64,000 bases of DNA from Cetorhinus maximus (lineage: Eukaryota), in assembly GCF_964194155.1 (NCBI RefSeq), contig NC_135910.1, forward strand, positions 11,098,001-11,162,000, in the 5' to 3' direction. A program made the position numbers and the translations under genes. Under the pieces are notes generated by a model that worked only from the letters and a program-made list of their open reading frames with translations, was not told the DNA's origin and searched no databases. Shown here one piece after another: positions 11,700 through 25,354 of the stretch. Each line of letters opens with the position of its first letter. Position 1 is the first letter of the stretch.

Positions 11700-12205
11700 T
11701 CATAGAGTCATAGCACACATGGCATTCAGCACACAAAAAGGCCTTTCGGCCCATCATGTCCGTGCCAGCCATCAAGCCCCTATCTACTCCAACCCCATTT
11801 TCCAGCACTTGGCCCCTAGCTCTGTAGGCAATGACGTTTCAATTGCTCATCTAAATACTTCTTAAATGTTGTGAGAGTTCCTTCCTCTACCACCCCCTCA
11901 GATTTCAGATTCCAACAACGCTCTGGGTGAAAAGATTTTTCCTCAAATCCCCTCCAAACCTCCTGCCCCTTATCTTAAATCTATGCCCCCGCCTTGGTTA
12001 TTGACACCTCCGCTAAGGGGAAAAGTTTCTTCCTATCCAGCCCTATCCATGCCCCTCATAATTTTGTACACCTCTATCAGGTCCCCTCTCAGCCTTCTCT
12101 GCTCTAAGGAAAACAACCCCAGCCCAATCCAGTCTCCCTTCAATGGGTTGAAACGCTCCAGCCCAGGCAACATCCTGGTGAATCTCCTCTGCACCCTCTC
12201 CAGTC
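11700..12205 (-). mobile_element. CR1 LINE 3' fragment
   Basis: Reverse strand resembles the end of CR1 ORF2 (QRRFTRMLPG...RRLRGDLIEVYKIM) plus CR1 3' UTR. Confidence 0.75.
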
Positions 12206-12856
12206 ACATCATTGACACTTTCGATTTCCTCCCCCACACACCTGAAGCTATAACCCATCGAGAATCAACATCTCCTGAAACCGTCCTGACTACCCCTCGG
12301 TATAGCTCCAAGAATACAATATTCCTCCTCACACCAGTGCTCATTTCTCATCTGTGTTCCTGAAGCTACTGACTGTCAATGAGGGAGACAGTTCCTGAAG
12401 ACATTGATTGCTACTGACACCAGATGTCAGACACCCTTCTCTACCGCACAGGAGTTCCAATTATTCCCATTTGAGCCTCAACCTCAAATGCCAGCAGGAT
12501 ATTTGACCTTGTGGGGCATCACAAACAATCCCAAAGTTGTCCACACACAACAGCTGTACACATGGGCCTGCAGTAATGTTGAGCACCGACCCCATTAACT
12601 TAAGGAAGTATCTTGCTTTGCTTTACGATTGTTCTATACAACTCAGCACCAAACGAGTCAGGAAATGTACAGTCATAAATGAGGGAAGATCACTGTTGCA
12701 ATGTAATTATTGGGCTGGCAATTGTGAAGGACCTACATTTGATTTATGATGTGTCCTGTGCATTCTGCATTCTGACATGTACTAGTTAGGGGTCACTTGT
12801 AGGTAGTTGTGTAAGAGAGGGTGAGGCCACCTGCCCCACCCATAACATCAGCATTT

Positions 12857-14028
12857 AGACCATAGACCATAAGACATAGGAGCAGAAATTAGGCCATTCG
12901 GCCCATCGAGTCTGCTCCGCCATTCAATCATGGCTGATAAGTTTCTCAACCCCATTCTCCCGCCTTCTCCCCGTAACCTTTGATCCCCTTAGCAATCAAG
13001 AACCTATCTCTCTCGGCCTTAAATGCACTCAATGACCTGGCCTCCACAGCCTTCTGTGGCAATGAATTCCATAGATTCACCACTCTCTGGCTAAAGAAGT
13101 TTCTCCTCACCTGTTCTAAAAGGTCTTCCCTTTACTCTGAGGCTGTGCCCTCAAGTCCTAGTCTCTCCTACTAATGGAAACATCTTCCCCACGTCCACTC
13201 TATCCAGGCCTTTCAGTATTCTGTAAGTTTCAATCAGATCCCCCCTCATCCTTCTAAACTCAATCGAGTATAGACCCAGAGTCCTCAAACGTTCCTCATA
13301 TGCTAAGCCTTTCATTCCTGGGATCGTTCTCGTGAACCTCCTCTGGACCCTCTCCAGGGCCAGAACATCCTTCCTGAGATACGGGGCCCAAAATTGCTCA
13401 CAATCTTCTAAATGTGATCTGACCAGAGCCTTATAAAGCCTCAGCAGCACATCCCTGCTTTTATATTCTAGTCCTCTCGAAATAAATGCCAACATTGCAT
13501 TTGCCTTCCTAACTACCGACTCAACCTGCAAGTTAACCTTAAGAGAATCCTGGACTAGGACTCCCAAGTCCCTTTGCACTCCAGATTTCTGAATTCTCTC
13601 CCCATTTAGAAAATAGTCTATGCCTCTATTCTTCCTACCAAAGTGCACAACCTCACACTTCCCCACGTTGTATTCCATCTGCCACTTCTTTGCCCATTCT
13701 CCTAACCTGTCCAAATCCTTCTGCAGCCTCCCCGCCTCCTCAATACTACCTCAATAGTCCACCTAACTTTGTATCATCTGCAAACTTAGCCAGGATGCCC
13801 TCAGTTCCTTCATCTAGATCATTAATGTATAAAGTGAAAAGTTGTGGTCCCGACACTGACCCTTGCGGAACTCCACTAGTCACCAGCCGCCATCTTGAGA
13901 AGGACCCCCTTATCCCCACTCCCTGCCTCCTGCCAGACAGCCAATCTTCTATCCATGCTAGTATCTTGCCTCTAACACCATGGACTCTTATCTTACTGAG
14001 CAGCCTCCTGTGCGGCACCTTGTCAAAG
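12857..14028 (-). mobile_element. Young 5'-truncated CR1 LINE inserted in the promoter of sPLA2 gene 2
   Basis: ORFs 13151..13714 and 13746..14048 encode RT (AFDKVPH, GVPQGSV, KFADDTK); (agaccat)n tail; candidate TSD gcattt. Confidence 0.9.
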
Positions 14029-14391
14029 GCATTTTTCGAGCCTCTCACACTTGGGAGATGGGCAAGATGTTAAAAGTAGCGCCCCAAGATGATCTACACC
14101 CCAGTTCCATTTGCAGAGCTAACGTGAGGTGGAATGACCCCGAGAGCATAATAAGAGAGGCAGAGCCACGGGCGAGGCAAACATCGACCTCTCAAAGGAA
14201 ACAAGAAGCCATGGAGCCCCAGTACTTCATTGCTGTCCTCATTCTGCTGGGAAGTAAGTGACCAGCTGGAGATCTGGGGAGGTGGTGGGGGGAGTGACAG
14301 TAACAGCGAGTGAGGTCACACCCAAAACTGGGCATAATTTGAAATGCTGATCAATTTCAAATTGCAGAGAAGGCAAAAAGAAATGGGAATA

Positions 14392-15112
14392 ACTACCCTG
14401 GGAGTGTTTGATGGGGACAGTGTAAAGGGGCTTTACTCTGTATCTAACCCCGTGCTGTACCTGCTCTGGGAGTGTCATATTTGACAGTGCAGAGGGAGCT
14501 TTACTCTGTATCTAAACCCGTGCTGTACCTGTCCTGGGAATGTTTGATGGGGACAGTGTAGAGGGAGCTTTACACTGTATCTAACCCTGTGCTCTACCTG
14601 CCCTGGGAGTGTTTGATGGGGACAGTGCAGAGGGAGCTTTACTCTGTATCTAACCCTGTGCTGTACCTGTCCTGGGAATGTTTGATGGGGACAGTGTAGA
14701 GGGAGCTTTACCCTGTATCTAACCCCGTGCTGTACCTGCCCTGGGAGTGTCTGATTTGACAGTGCAGAGGGAGCTTTACTCTGTATCTAACCCCATGCTG
14801 TACCTGTCCTGGGAGTGTTTGATGGGGACAGTGTAGAGGGAGCTTTACTCTGTATCTAACCCCGTGCTGTACCTGCCCTGGGAGTGTTTGATGGGGACAG
14901 TGTAGAGGGAGCTTTACTCTGTATCTAACCCCGTGCTGTACCTGTCCTGGAAGTGTTTGATGGGGACAGTGTAGAGGGAGCTTTACTCTGTATCTAACCC
15001 TGTGCTGTACCTGTCCTGGGAGTGTTTGATGGGGACAGTGTAAAGGGGCTTTACTCTGTATCTAACCCCGTGCTGTACCTGCCCTGGGAGTGTTTGATGG
15101 GTACAGTGTAGA
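14392..15112. repeat. 69-bp tandem repeat (~10 units) in intron 1 of sPLA2 gene 2
   Basis: Same unit as 1704-2030. Confidence 0.92.
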
Positions 15113-17290
15113 GGTAGCATGGTGGCACTACCACCATGCTAAATGGGTTGGATTTCTAACAGATCTTGCAACACAAGAGTGGGCAGCCATGAGGTGCTGT
15201 GGGCCATCAGCAGCAGCAGAATTGTACTCGAACACAATCTGTAACCTCATGACCTTGCACATCCCGCAATCTACCATTACGATCAAGCCAGGGGATCAAC
15301 CCTGATTCAATGAAGAGTGCAGGAGGGCATGCCAGGAGCAGCATCAGGCATACCTAAAAATGAGGGTCAACCTGGTGAAGATATAACACAGGACTACTTG
15401 CGTGCCAAACAGCATTAGCAGCAAGTGATAGACAGAGCTAAGCAATCCTACAATCAACGGATCACTGCTAAGCCACATCCAGTGGTGAATGGTGGTGGAC
15501 AATTAAACAACTCACTGGAGGAGGAGGTTCCACAAATATCCCCATCCTCAATGATGGGGGAGCCTAGCACATCAGTGCAAAAGATAAGGCTGAAGCATTT
15601 GCTACAATCTTCAGCCAGAAGTGCCGAGTGGAAGATCCATCTCAGCCTCCTCCGAAAGTCCCCAGCATCACAAATGCCAGTCTTCAGCCAATTCAATTCA
15701 CTCCATGTGATATCAATAAACAGCTGAAGGCACTGGATACTGCAAAGGCTATTGGGCCTGACAACATTTCGGCAATAGTACTGAAGACTTGTGCTCCAGA
15801 ACTTGCCGCGCCCCTCGCCAAGCTGTTGCAGTATAGCGACAACACTGACATCTACCCAGCAATGTGGAAAATTGCCCAGGTATGTCCTGTACACAAAAAG
15901 CAGGACAAATCCAACCCGGCCAATTACCGCCCCATAAATCTACTCTCCATCATCTGTAAATTAACGGAAGGGGTCATCAACAGTGCTATCAAGCGGCACT
16001 TGCTTAGCAATAACCTGCTCACTGATGCCCAGTTTGGGTTCCCCTGGGCCATTCAGCTCCTGACCTCATTACAGCCTTGGTTCAAACATGGACAAAAGAA
16101 CTGAACTCCCGAGGTGAGGTGAGAGTAACTGCCCTTGACATCAAGGCAGCATTTGACCAAGTGGGACATCAAGGAGCCCTAGCAAAACTGGAGTCAATGG
16201 GAATCAGGGGGGAAAAACTCTCTGCTAGTTGGAGTCATACCTAGCACAAAGGAAAGTGGTTGTTGAAGGTCAGTCATCTCAGCTCCAGGACATCACTGCA
16301 GGAGTTCCTCAGCGTAGTGTCCTCGGCCCAACCATCTTCAGCTGCTTCATCAATGACCTTCCTTTCATCATAAAGTCAGAAGTGGGGATGTTCGCTGATG
16401 ATTGCACAATGTTCAGCACCATTCGCAACTCCTCAGATACTGAAGCAGTCCATGTCCAAATGCAGCAAGACCTGGACAATATCCAGGCTTGGGCTGACAA
16501 GTATCAAGTAACATTTGTGCCACACAAGCGTCAGGCAATGACCATCTCCAACAAGAGAGAATCCAACCATCACCCCTTGAAGTTCAATGGCATTACTATC
16601 ACTGAATCCCCCACTATCAACATCCTGGGGGTCACCATGACCAGAAACTGAACTGGACCAGCCATATAAAAACTGTGGCTACAGGGGAGCAGGTCAGAGG
16701 CTAAGGATCGTGTGACGAGTAACTCACCTCCTGAGTCCCCAAAGCCTGTCCATCATCTACAACACACAAGTCAGGAGTGTGATGGAATACTCCCCATTTG
16801 CCTGGATGAATGCAGCTCCTACAACAGTGAAGACACTGGACACTGTCCAGGACAAAGCTGTCCGTTTGATTGGCACCCCATCCACAAACATTCACTCCCT
16901 CCACCACCGACACACAGTGGCAGCAGTGTGTGTACCATCTACAAGATGCACTGCAGGAATTCATCAAGCCCCCTTCAACAACAGCCTCCAAACCCACGAC
17001 CACTACCATCTAGAAGGACAAGGGCAGCAGACACATGTGAACACCACCACCTGGAAGTTCCCCTCCAAGTCACTCACCATCCTGACTTGGAAATATATCG
17101 CTGTTCCTTCACTGTCGCTGGGTCAAAATCCCGGAACTCCCTCCCTAACAGCGCTGTGGGTGTACCTACACCACATGGACTGCAGTGGTTCAAGATGGCA
17201 GCTCACCACCACCTTCTCAAGGGCAATTAGGGATGGGCAATAAATGCTGGCCCAGCCAGCGACGCCCACATCCCATGAATGAATAAAAAA
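15113..17290 (+). mobile_element. HER1-like LINE, ~2.2-kb 3' part with frameshifted RT
   Basis: ORFs 15628..16104 (NPANYRPINLLS) and 16229..16651 (GVPQRSVLGP, FADD); HE1-shared 3' tail. Confidence 0.88.
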
Positions 17291-17304
17291 AAGTTTATTT
17301 TTAC

Positions 17305-18305
17305 TAGTAGGGTGCCGCAGGGATCAGAGCTGGGGCTACAATTATTTACAATATATATTAATGACTTGGATGAGGGAAGTGAATGTACTATCGCCAAGTC
17401 TGCGGATGACACAAAAATAGGTGGGAAGGCAAAAGATGAGGATGACACAAGGAGTCTACTGAGGGGTATAGACAGGTTAAGTGAGTGGGCAAAAGTGGAC
17501 TATAATGTGGGAAAGTGTGAGGTTATGCACTTTGGCAGGAAGAATAGAGGAGCTGAATATTATTAAATGGAGAAAGACTGCAGAAAGCTGCAGCACAGAG
17601 GGATTTGGGAGTCCTTGTGCATGAATCCCAAAAAGCTAACATACAAGTTCAGCAGGTAATAGGGAAGGCAAATGTAATTTTGGCCTTTATTTCAAAGGGA
17701 ATGGAGTATAAAAATAGGGAAGTCTTGCTAAAACTATACAAGGCACTAGTTGGACCACACCTAGAATACTGTGAACAGTTTTGGTCCCCTTATCTAAGGA
17801 AAGATATACTGGCATTGGAGGCAGTCCAGAGAAGGTTCACTAGATTGATCCCGGGGTATGGAGGGATTTTCTTATGCGGAGAGTTTGAGTAAGTTGGGTC
17901 TGTACTCATTGGAGTTTAGAAGAATGAAAGGTGACTTTATTGAAACATATAAGATTCTTAGGGGGCTTGACAAGGTAGATGTTGAGAGGTTGTTTCCCTT
18001 TGTGGAAGAGTCTAGGACCAGAGGGCTTAATCTCAGATAAGAGGTCACCCATTTAAGAGATGAGGAGGAATTTCTTCTCTGAGGGTAGTCAATCTGTGGA
18101 ATTCTTTACCGCAGAGGGCTGTAGAAGCTGGGTCATTAAGTATATTCAAGGTTGAGACAGACAGATTTTTAATCAGTAAGGGAATCAAGGGTTATGGAGA
18201 AAAGGCAGGAAAATGGAGTTGAGGATTATCAGATCAGCCATGACCTCATTGAATGACGGAACAGACTCGATATGCCGAATGGCCTACTTCTGCTCCTACG
18301 TCTTA
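17305..18305 (+). mobile_element. CR1 LINE 3' fragment
   Basis: VPQGSELG...ADDTKIGG, LYKALVGPHLEYCEQFWSP; CR1 3' UTR. Confidence 0.85.
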
Positions 18306-19274
18306 TGGGATATGGTCTAATGGTCTTATGGCAATAAATGCTGGCCCAGCCAGTGAAGCCCACATCCTGTGAATGAATTAAAAATTTCAAGTAATTGGCA
18401 AAAGAAGCAAAATCGATATGAGAAATGTTTTGTTTTCACGCAGCGAGTGGCTGGGGTCTGGAATGCTCTGCCTGAGAGTGTGGTGGCGGCAGGTTCAATC
18501 GAAGCATTCAAAGGGGAATTGGGATGTTACCTGAAAAGGAAGAATGTGCAGGGTTACGGGGAGAAGGAGGGAGAATGGCACCAGGTGAATCGCTCCTTCG
18601 GAGAGGTTTGGTGCAGACATGAAGGGCCGAATGGCCTCCTTCTGCACTGTAACAATCCTGTGATTGTGTAATGGGGGGAGGCTTGTGTGGAGCAAACACA
18701 CAGACATGGGATTGTAGAGACGAATGGCTTGTCTCTGAGGTTCAATTTCCACCGACTTTGCAGATGTTCTTTTTAAGCTTGTCCTGTTTTTCAGTCTAAG
18801 CGTTGTTAAGATGTCCGCCTGCACACTCTGATTTCCGGCTGCCTGATACACCGATTTTGTTTTTTATTTGTTGCTGCTGTTGTTTCTTGTCCTCTGAAGT
18901 AGTGTCGATTCCTGCTCAGGGTGTTGCAATTCAGGGAAGAGGCATAATCAGCTTTGCAGAAGTTGCTGACTACTCCAGCCCAGAGGTCAGTAACCTGCGC
19001 TACAATGACTATGGCTCCTTCTGTGGGCTCGGAGGCAACCAGCCAGTTGATGCAGTTGACAGAGTAAAATTAAGCGTCCCCCCCTCTCTCTCTATCTGTC
19101 TGCCTCTGTCTCCAAAAAGCAACTGTGCCTCTTTCTGTGTCAATGTGTGAAAATTGTCACTTTGTTTTCAATAGGTTTTGGCTGGGTTTCTTTCCCCATG
19201 ACAACCAGATCACATGGGTCTGTCTCCAGGCAGAGGTTTAGTATGACAGCCAGGATGGATATAATAGAAAGAGA

Positions 19275-19700
19275 GAATTTGCATTTCTATGGCGCCGTTC
19301 ACTGCCTCAAGCCGCGCAAAAAGCGCTTAACAACCAATAAAACGGTTTTGAAGAGTGACCATTGTGGTAAGGTAGGGAATCGCAGCAGTCAATTTGTACA
19401 TGGTCCCACAACCAGCAGCGAGATACAGTAATGACCAGAGCGATATGTTTTTAATGATGATGGTTGAGAGATAAACAGTGGTTTGGACACCGGGGGACAC
19501 CTTCCTTGCTCTTCCCAGAAGTAGTGCCGTGGGGGGGTGTCATTTCAGTCCACCTGAGTGGGCAGGCGGGGCCTCGGTTTCATGTTTTATCTGAAAGATG
19601 GCACCTCCGATATTGTGTACTCAAATCTTTGGAGTGATGCTTGAACCCACAACTTCCTGACTCAAAGGGGAGACTGCTACCCTGGAGCCAAGGCTGACGC
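19275..19700 (-). mobile_element. Old SacSINE1/Deu-SINE-like element (similar remnants near 4160-4350, 32685-32870, 56175-56510, 62140-62360)
   Basis: Reverse strand shows a tRNA-like head, the aaaccgaggccccgcctgccc..caggtgga core and the gcgccatagaaatgcaa end, as recalled for this family. Confidence 0.55.
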
Positions 19701-19863
19701 ACAAATAGGTAGCATAAGAACGTAAGAAATAGGAGCAGGTGTAAATCATTCGGCCCCCTTCACCATTCAATACGATCATGGCTGACCTTCTACCTTCACT
19801 TTCCCACCTGTCTCCCTTATCCTTGAGATATCAAAAATCTATGGACCTCAGTCTTGAATACAC

Positions 19864-20674
19864 TCTTACAATCTCCCTGGGGACCAATAACTTTGAAAAA
19901 GAGATGAGTTTCCCAGCGACCAACAGAAAGAACGAAGGACAAGATTTCAAGTTTTAAGCCTTTTACTGTAACAAAAAAACCACAATAGATGAGTTCAAAC
20001 ATTCATTAACAGGCAACGAATATATCAAAGTAAATAAAAGGTACTTTCGCATTAACTAATTGACTCAATCGAGGTGTGCCATATGAAATGTTTTTAGTTT
20101 ATACCATGCTTAAGATAGGTACATGGATATTTCCCAAGGCACTCCCAGCTTCCATGGCTCTCTTCTTCCTGCCAGTCCATGTTGAACCTTCCAACGTATT
20201 CGAAAACCATTCTAATCAGCTGGGGTATTCCAGCAAGGCCCACCTCGGTGTGTCCTTGTTCCTCAAATCTCCAAAGGTCCTGTCAGTCCTGTCCCCTTCC
20301 TTTCGAACAGAAAACCAACTTTTAAAAGCAATCTTGCTTAGTTGTCAACACAAAAACAGTTCACCCTGCTCTTTACTGCAGTAGCTGCTACTTCTCCACA
20401 CAGCAGCAATTCCTTTCCCTCTCTCTCTATCTGTCTGCCTCTGTCTCCAAAAAGCAACTGTGCCTCTTTCTGTGTCAATGTGTGAAAATTGTCACTTTGT
20501 TTTCAATAGGTTTTGGTTGGGTTTCTTTCCCCATGACAACTAGATCACATGGGTCTGTCTCCAGGCAGAGGTTTAGTATGACACCATCCCCCTATCTGGG
20601 CCATTCTATTTCGCCTTAAGTTAAAAGAGGCATTTTAAAACATAACTGTCTTGTTCAGTCCCACATTCGTAACA
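19864..20674. mobile_element. Probable solo LTR inserted in a CR1 fragment
   Basis: Ends t(c)ttac...gtaaca (TG..CA-like inverted termini), 4-bp TSD acac/atac; CR1 sequence resumes on both sides. Confidence 0.55.
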
Positions 20675-21014
20675 ATACTCAATGATGGTGTATCCAAAAC
20701 CTCTGGGGTGAACAATTGCAAAGATTCACAATCCCAGAGTGAAGAAATTTCTCATGTCAGTCCTAAATGATCAACCGCTTATCCTGAGACTACGCCCTCA
20801 AGTTTTAGATTCCCTAACCAGCGGAAACAATCTTTCAGCTTCTACCCTATCAAACCCCTTCAATATCATATGTGTCACATATGAAATGACCTCTCACTCT
20901 GCTAAACTCCTGAGAATATAAAGCTAATTTATTCAGCCTCTCATCATAGGATAACCCTCTCATCCCAGAAACCAATCTAGTGAACCTTCACCATCCTGTT
21001 ATCTTGTGGTGTTT

Positions 21015-21525
21015 GGTCCCCTTACCTTAGGAAGGACATTATTGCCATAGAGGGAGTGCAGCAAAGGTTCTCCAGACCTGTTGCGGGAATGGCGGGACTG
21101 TCCTGTGAAGAGAGATTGGGGAAACTGGGCCTGTATTCTATAGAGTTTCGAAGAATGAGAGGTGATCTCATTGAAACCTACAAAATACATAAAGGGACAG
21201 ACAGGGTAGATATGAGAAAGATGTTTCCCCTGGTTGGGGAGTCTAGAACCAGGGGACACAATTTCAAAATAAGGTGGAAGCCACTTAGGACTGAGAGGAG
21301 AAGAATGTTTTTGACTCAGAGGGTTGTGAATCTTTGGAATTCTCTGTCCCAGAGGGCAGGGGGAGCTCAGTCGTTGAGTATGTTTAAAGCAGAAATTGCC
21401 CTAAAGAGCAATGAGATAAAGGGATATGGGGATAGTGTGGGGAAAAGGCATTGAAGTTGATGATTGGCCATGATCGAGCAGGCTTGTTGGGCTGAATGGC
21501 CTACTCCTGCTCTTATGTTGCTATG
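21015..21525 (+). mobile_element. CR1 LINE 3' fragment
   Basis: ORF 21056..21454 (RRMRGDLIETYKI...RVVNLWNSL). Confidence 0.82.
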
Positions 21526-23361
21526 AAACAAAGCAACTTTATTGGAGCTATATCCAGCAACTTTAACGCCAGCCTAGAGAGTGCAGGGGCTAGCAGCCAG
21601 TACTGACTCTACGGGAATACCTTTAGCACCCGGCTCCTGCCCCATCCACCAGGCAGCCCAGTCACAAAGGGTTGGCTCAACCCCAAAAAGCCAATTGGTC
21701 CCCTGTGCAAGATGGACAATGGAGGATATAATCTATTTTTCAATACCTCTTTGTGGACCTGTCACATATCTAATGTGGACAGCACCACCTCCCATACCTC
21801 CCTCTCCTGTGTCCTGTGTTGTAGCTTCACCAGATTGGCACCTCATTTTTGCGTGTGCCTGGTGCTGCTCCTGGCATGCTCACCTGAGATCTTCATCGAA
21901 CCAGGGTTGATCCCCTGGCTTGACAGTGATGGTCAAGTGGGGGATATGCTGGGCCGTGAGGTTACAGGTTGTGGTTGTATACAATTCTGTTGCCGCTGAT
22001 GACCCACAGCGCTGCGTGAATGCCCGCTGTGCCCTCACCTCTGATGAGCCTGTCCTATCAGTGGGACAGGGCATGCCCAGGGCTGGTGATGTCTGTGACA
22101 TGAGCTGCAAGGCACGATTCAGTGAGTGTGACTATGTCAGGCTGTTGCTTGACTAGCCTGTGGCACAGCTCCCATAAGTTTGGCACAAGCCCTCGGAAGT
22201 TAATATGGAGGGCTTTGCAGAGTTGACAGGGCTGGGTGTGCCAATGTCATTTCCGGTGCCTTGGTTATTGCTGGGAGGTCCATCTGGTGTTATTGCTATT
22301 TGACTTTTCTGTAGCAGTTTTGTACAACTGAATGACTTGTTAGGCCATTTCAGAGGGCAGTTAAAAGTCAACCGCATTACTATGGGTGTGGAGTCATATG
22401 TAGGCCAGACCAGGTAAGGACGGCAGATCCCCTTCCCTAAAGGACATTAGTGAACAAGGTGAATTCCAGATGGGAACCATTATAAATGCTTGGCTGAGAG
22501 GCCAGACTCTCATAAAAGGATTACATCTGTAGGAGTCTTGTTTATATAGGTGCAGAGAACAATTGACTTTACTTGATTATAATAAGAGAGGTTATAATAA
22601 GTTATCTTTTCTGTTATCCCTTTTGTCAATGGCTCAATATTTATTTGCACCAGATTAAGAGGGGCCAAGTGCTTAAAGCTTATGTTATTGATACTTTAAA
22701 GGTCTGTTTGATTGACACCTTCATAGGGTTGTAGCAACAGAAGTTTCCCTTCAAAACATTGTGAATTGATGTTTTTTAAGCAGTTTCACACATGCCATTG
22801 TTACTATAGGGTTCATTGGTTTTGTACATAGTATATACTGGGTAAATGGGCATGGAAAGACCATGAATTGGCATGGAATGTATGAGGGGCCAGGCGGGGC
22901 ATGAATTAGCACTGAGTTGAAATGGAGAGGGCATGAGGAACATAGGGGTGGTGGCATGGGAATAGCCTTTTGAACTTACCTTTCAAAAGGTTCCAGAATC
23001 CAGACCAAGGTTCATGACTCCTCTGAAGGGCTGTGAACAAGGAGTCACCCAGAATCTGGCTGGATTCCACAAAAATTGTGGGCGGTGGGGGCGTTGGGGA
23101 GGAGGGGTTCATAGAAAATTGCTTACCTCTGCAATGACTCTAGGGCCCATCCAACTCCATGAAAATCTGGCCCAAATAGGCCATAAAGAAATATAGGTAG
23201 GTTAAGTGAGCGGCTAAAATTTTGCCAGGTGGAGAATAAAGTGGGACAATGTGAAGTTGTTCACTTTGGCAGGAAGAATTGAAAAACATTAATTTCCATT
23301 ATTTAAATGGAAAGAGTCTGCAGAAACTGCGGTACAGAGGGATCTGGGTGTCCTGGTACAC

Positions 23362-24527
23362 TATCACAGCCAACTGAGAGGTGGTAAAATGACTCCCCGC
23401 CCTCTTTCCACCTCTCAGTTGACTGTAACGGGTGTTTAAAGAGGAATTTGATTGTCAATCTAGTGAGCATTTAACTGTTTGAGTGCTGTGGCTGCAAAAG
23501 GCACACACAGACAGGATGTCTTGTAAGTTTTAAAAGAAAGGGAAATATTGTTCATTACCCTTAACACCCAATAGGTAAAAAATAATTTTAAAAAAACGTC
23601 CCAACTCACACTCACACATGCATACAAGAGACTCACACGCAGACTGAAGTAGGTTACAGGGAGGGAGGGTAAGTTAAATTGCTTAAGAGCCTCCAAAAGA
23701 AAGTCAATCATATATGGATCCTGTAGGTTGATGCGTTAGATGTTTCAGACTGTGTTCTGTGATTTTTTTTCCAGATTCTATGTACAGGCAGCTTAAAGTC
23801 TTGACAGACGATCTGCATCTTTTCCTCTGGTATCAGCAGCTGTTTGTTTTACATTGAAGATGCTGCCTGCGGTGTTAAGCTGGTCAGATACAGGCAGGGG
23901 GCATGTTTGCAGAGTGGCTGGAGAGAAAGAGAGAGAGGCATCATGAGTTCCCTGCTCACCCTAATCCACTCATGACCTGTCTGACTCTGACCTTGGAAAA
24001 GCAGTTTCTTTATTTAACACAAAGGTTTAGCTTGCTATCACATGACCTCCATTCACAAACCAGCCAGTTACTAAATACGGCCATATCGAGCTGGGGAACC
24101 CTCAATCCAGGTCCATTTCTTAAAGTGTTAACTGCTTATTGCCGTGAGTCGTCCAAAGGGTCTGGGGCTGGCAACTCTTCTCAGCTGGGGCCCATGATCT
24201 GGTTAATAGATTAATGGCCAGTGGAGCCCCCTTCTCAGGCAGGGTCCATTGTCCAAAGTGATTTTTGACAGGTTGGTCTGCACCCACCTGAATAAACATG
24301 TTATATCTGGATGTCTGCGAGTGGTTCAGGAGATGGGCCATTCACACTTGTTTAAGCTGATTGTCCGATTGGGCTACTTCCAGACAGCACACCTCCTTTC
24401 TGATAGCTTTAGTGACAGTATGAGTCACTTAAAAGTACTGTTGCCAGTCTTCCTTAAAGCTTAGCCTGTGGTTTCAGACTACTCCATAAATAAAGTCATT
24501 TTTGATATAAAACGTGGTTTTACAACA
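23362..24527. mobile_element. Probable solo LTR / unclassified insertion splitting a CR1 fragment
   Basis: CR1 (gtcctggtacac | acacaaaaagtcagcatgcagg) is interrupted; 4-bp TSD acac; ends ...acaaca; AATAAA ~35 bp before the end. Confidence 0.45.
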
Positions 24528-25354
24528 ACACAAAAAGTCAGCATGCAGGTACAGCAAGTAATTAGGAAGGCAAGTGGAATGTTGACCTTTATTGCAAGGG
24601 GGATGGAGTATAAAAGTAGGGAAGTCTTGCTACAACTGTACAGGGCATTGGTGAGACTGCATCTAGAGTACTGCGTATAGTTTTGGTCTCCTTACTTAAG
24701 GAGGGACATACTTGCGTTGGGGGCAGTTCAGAGCAAGTTCACTGTGTTGATTCCCAGGTGAAGGTTTTGTTTTATGATATAAAGTTGAGCGGATTGGGCC
24801 TGGTCTTTGGGTTTACAAATAGTTGTTTGGTTGTACTGAACTCGGGTATGGATGAAAAAAGAGGCACGAGGTATTCTTGCAAAGTGTCCTGATGAGTGGA
24901 AGAATAAAAGCTTCGACATGTCTCTTTTCCCAGCAATACTCTTTGGAGTTCTTTGGGGTTGGAGGTGGATATAGGACTAGGGGGCACAATTTCAAAGAAA
25001 AAGGGTCTCCCATTGAAGGCGGAGATGAGGAGGAATTTCTTTTCCCTGAGGATCATGAGTCTTTGGAATTCTCTTCCCCAGAGAGCAGTGGAGGCTGGGT
25101 CACTGAATATATTCAAGGCTGAGTTAGGCAGATTTTTGACTGACAAGGGAATCAAGAATGATGGGGGGCGGGCGGTGTGGTGGGATGGTTGGTGGGGTGG
25201 GGGGCCAGCCAGAAAAGTGGAGTTAAAGTCACAATCAGATGGGCCATGATCTCATTAGTTGGCAGAGCAAGCCAGATGGGCCGATTGGCCTACTCCCGCT
25301 CCTGATTATGTTTCTTTACAATTTTATAATTTTATGGGCCATCCACAACATCAA

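Noticed and set aside
23855-23880. gaag|atgctgcctgc as candidate exon 3 of PLA2 gene 2
   Set aside because: No His-Asp follows, an in-frame stop comes within a few codons, and it lies inside a putative LTR.
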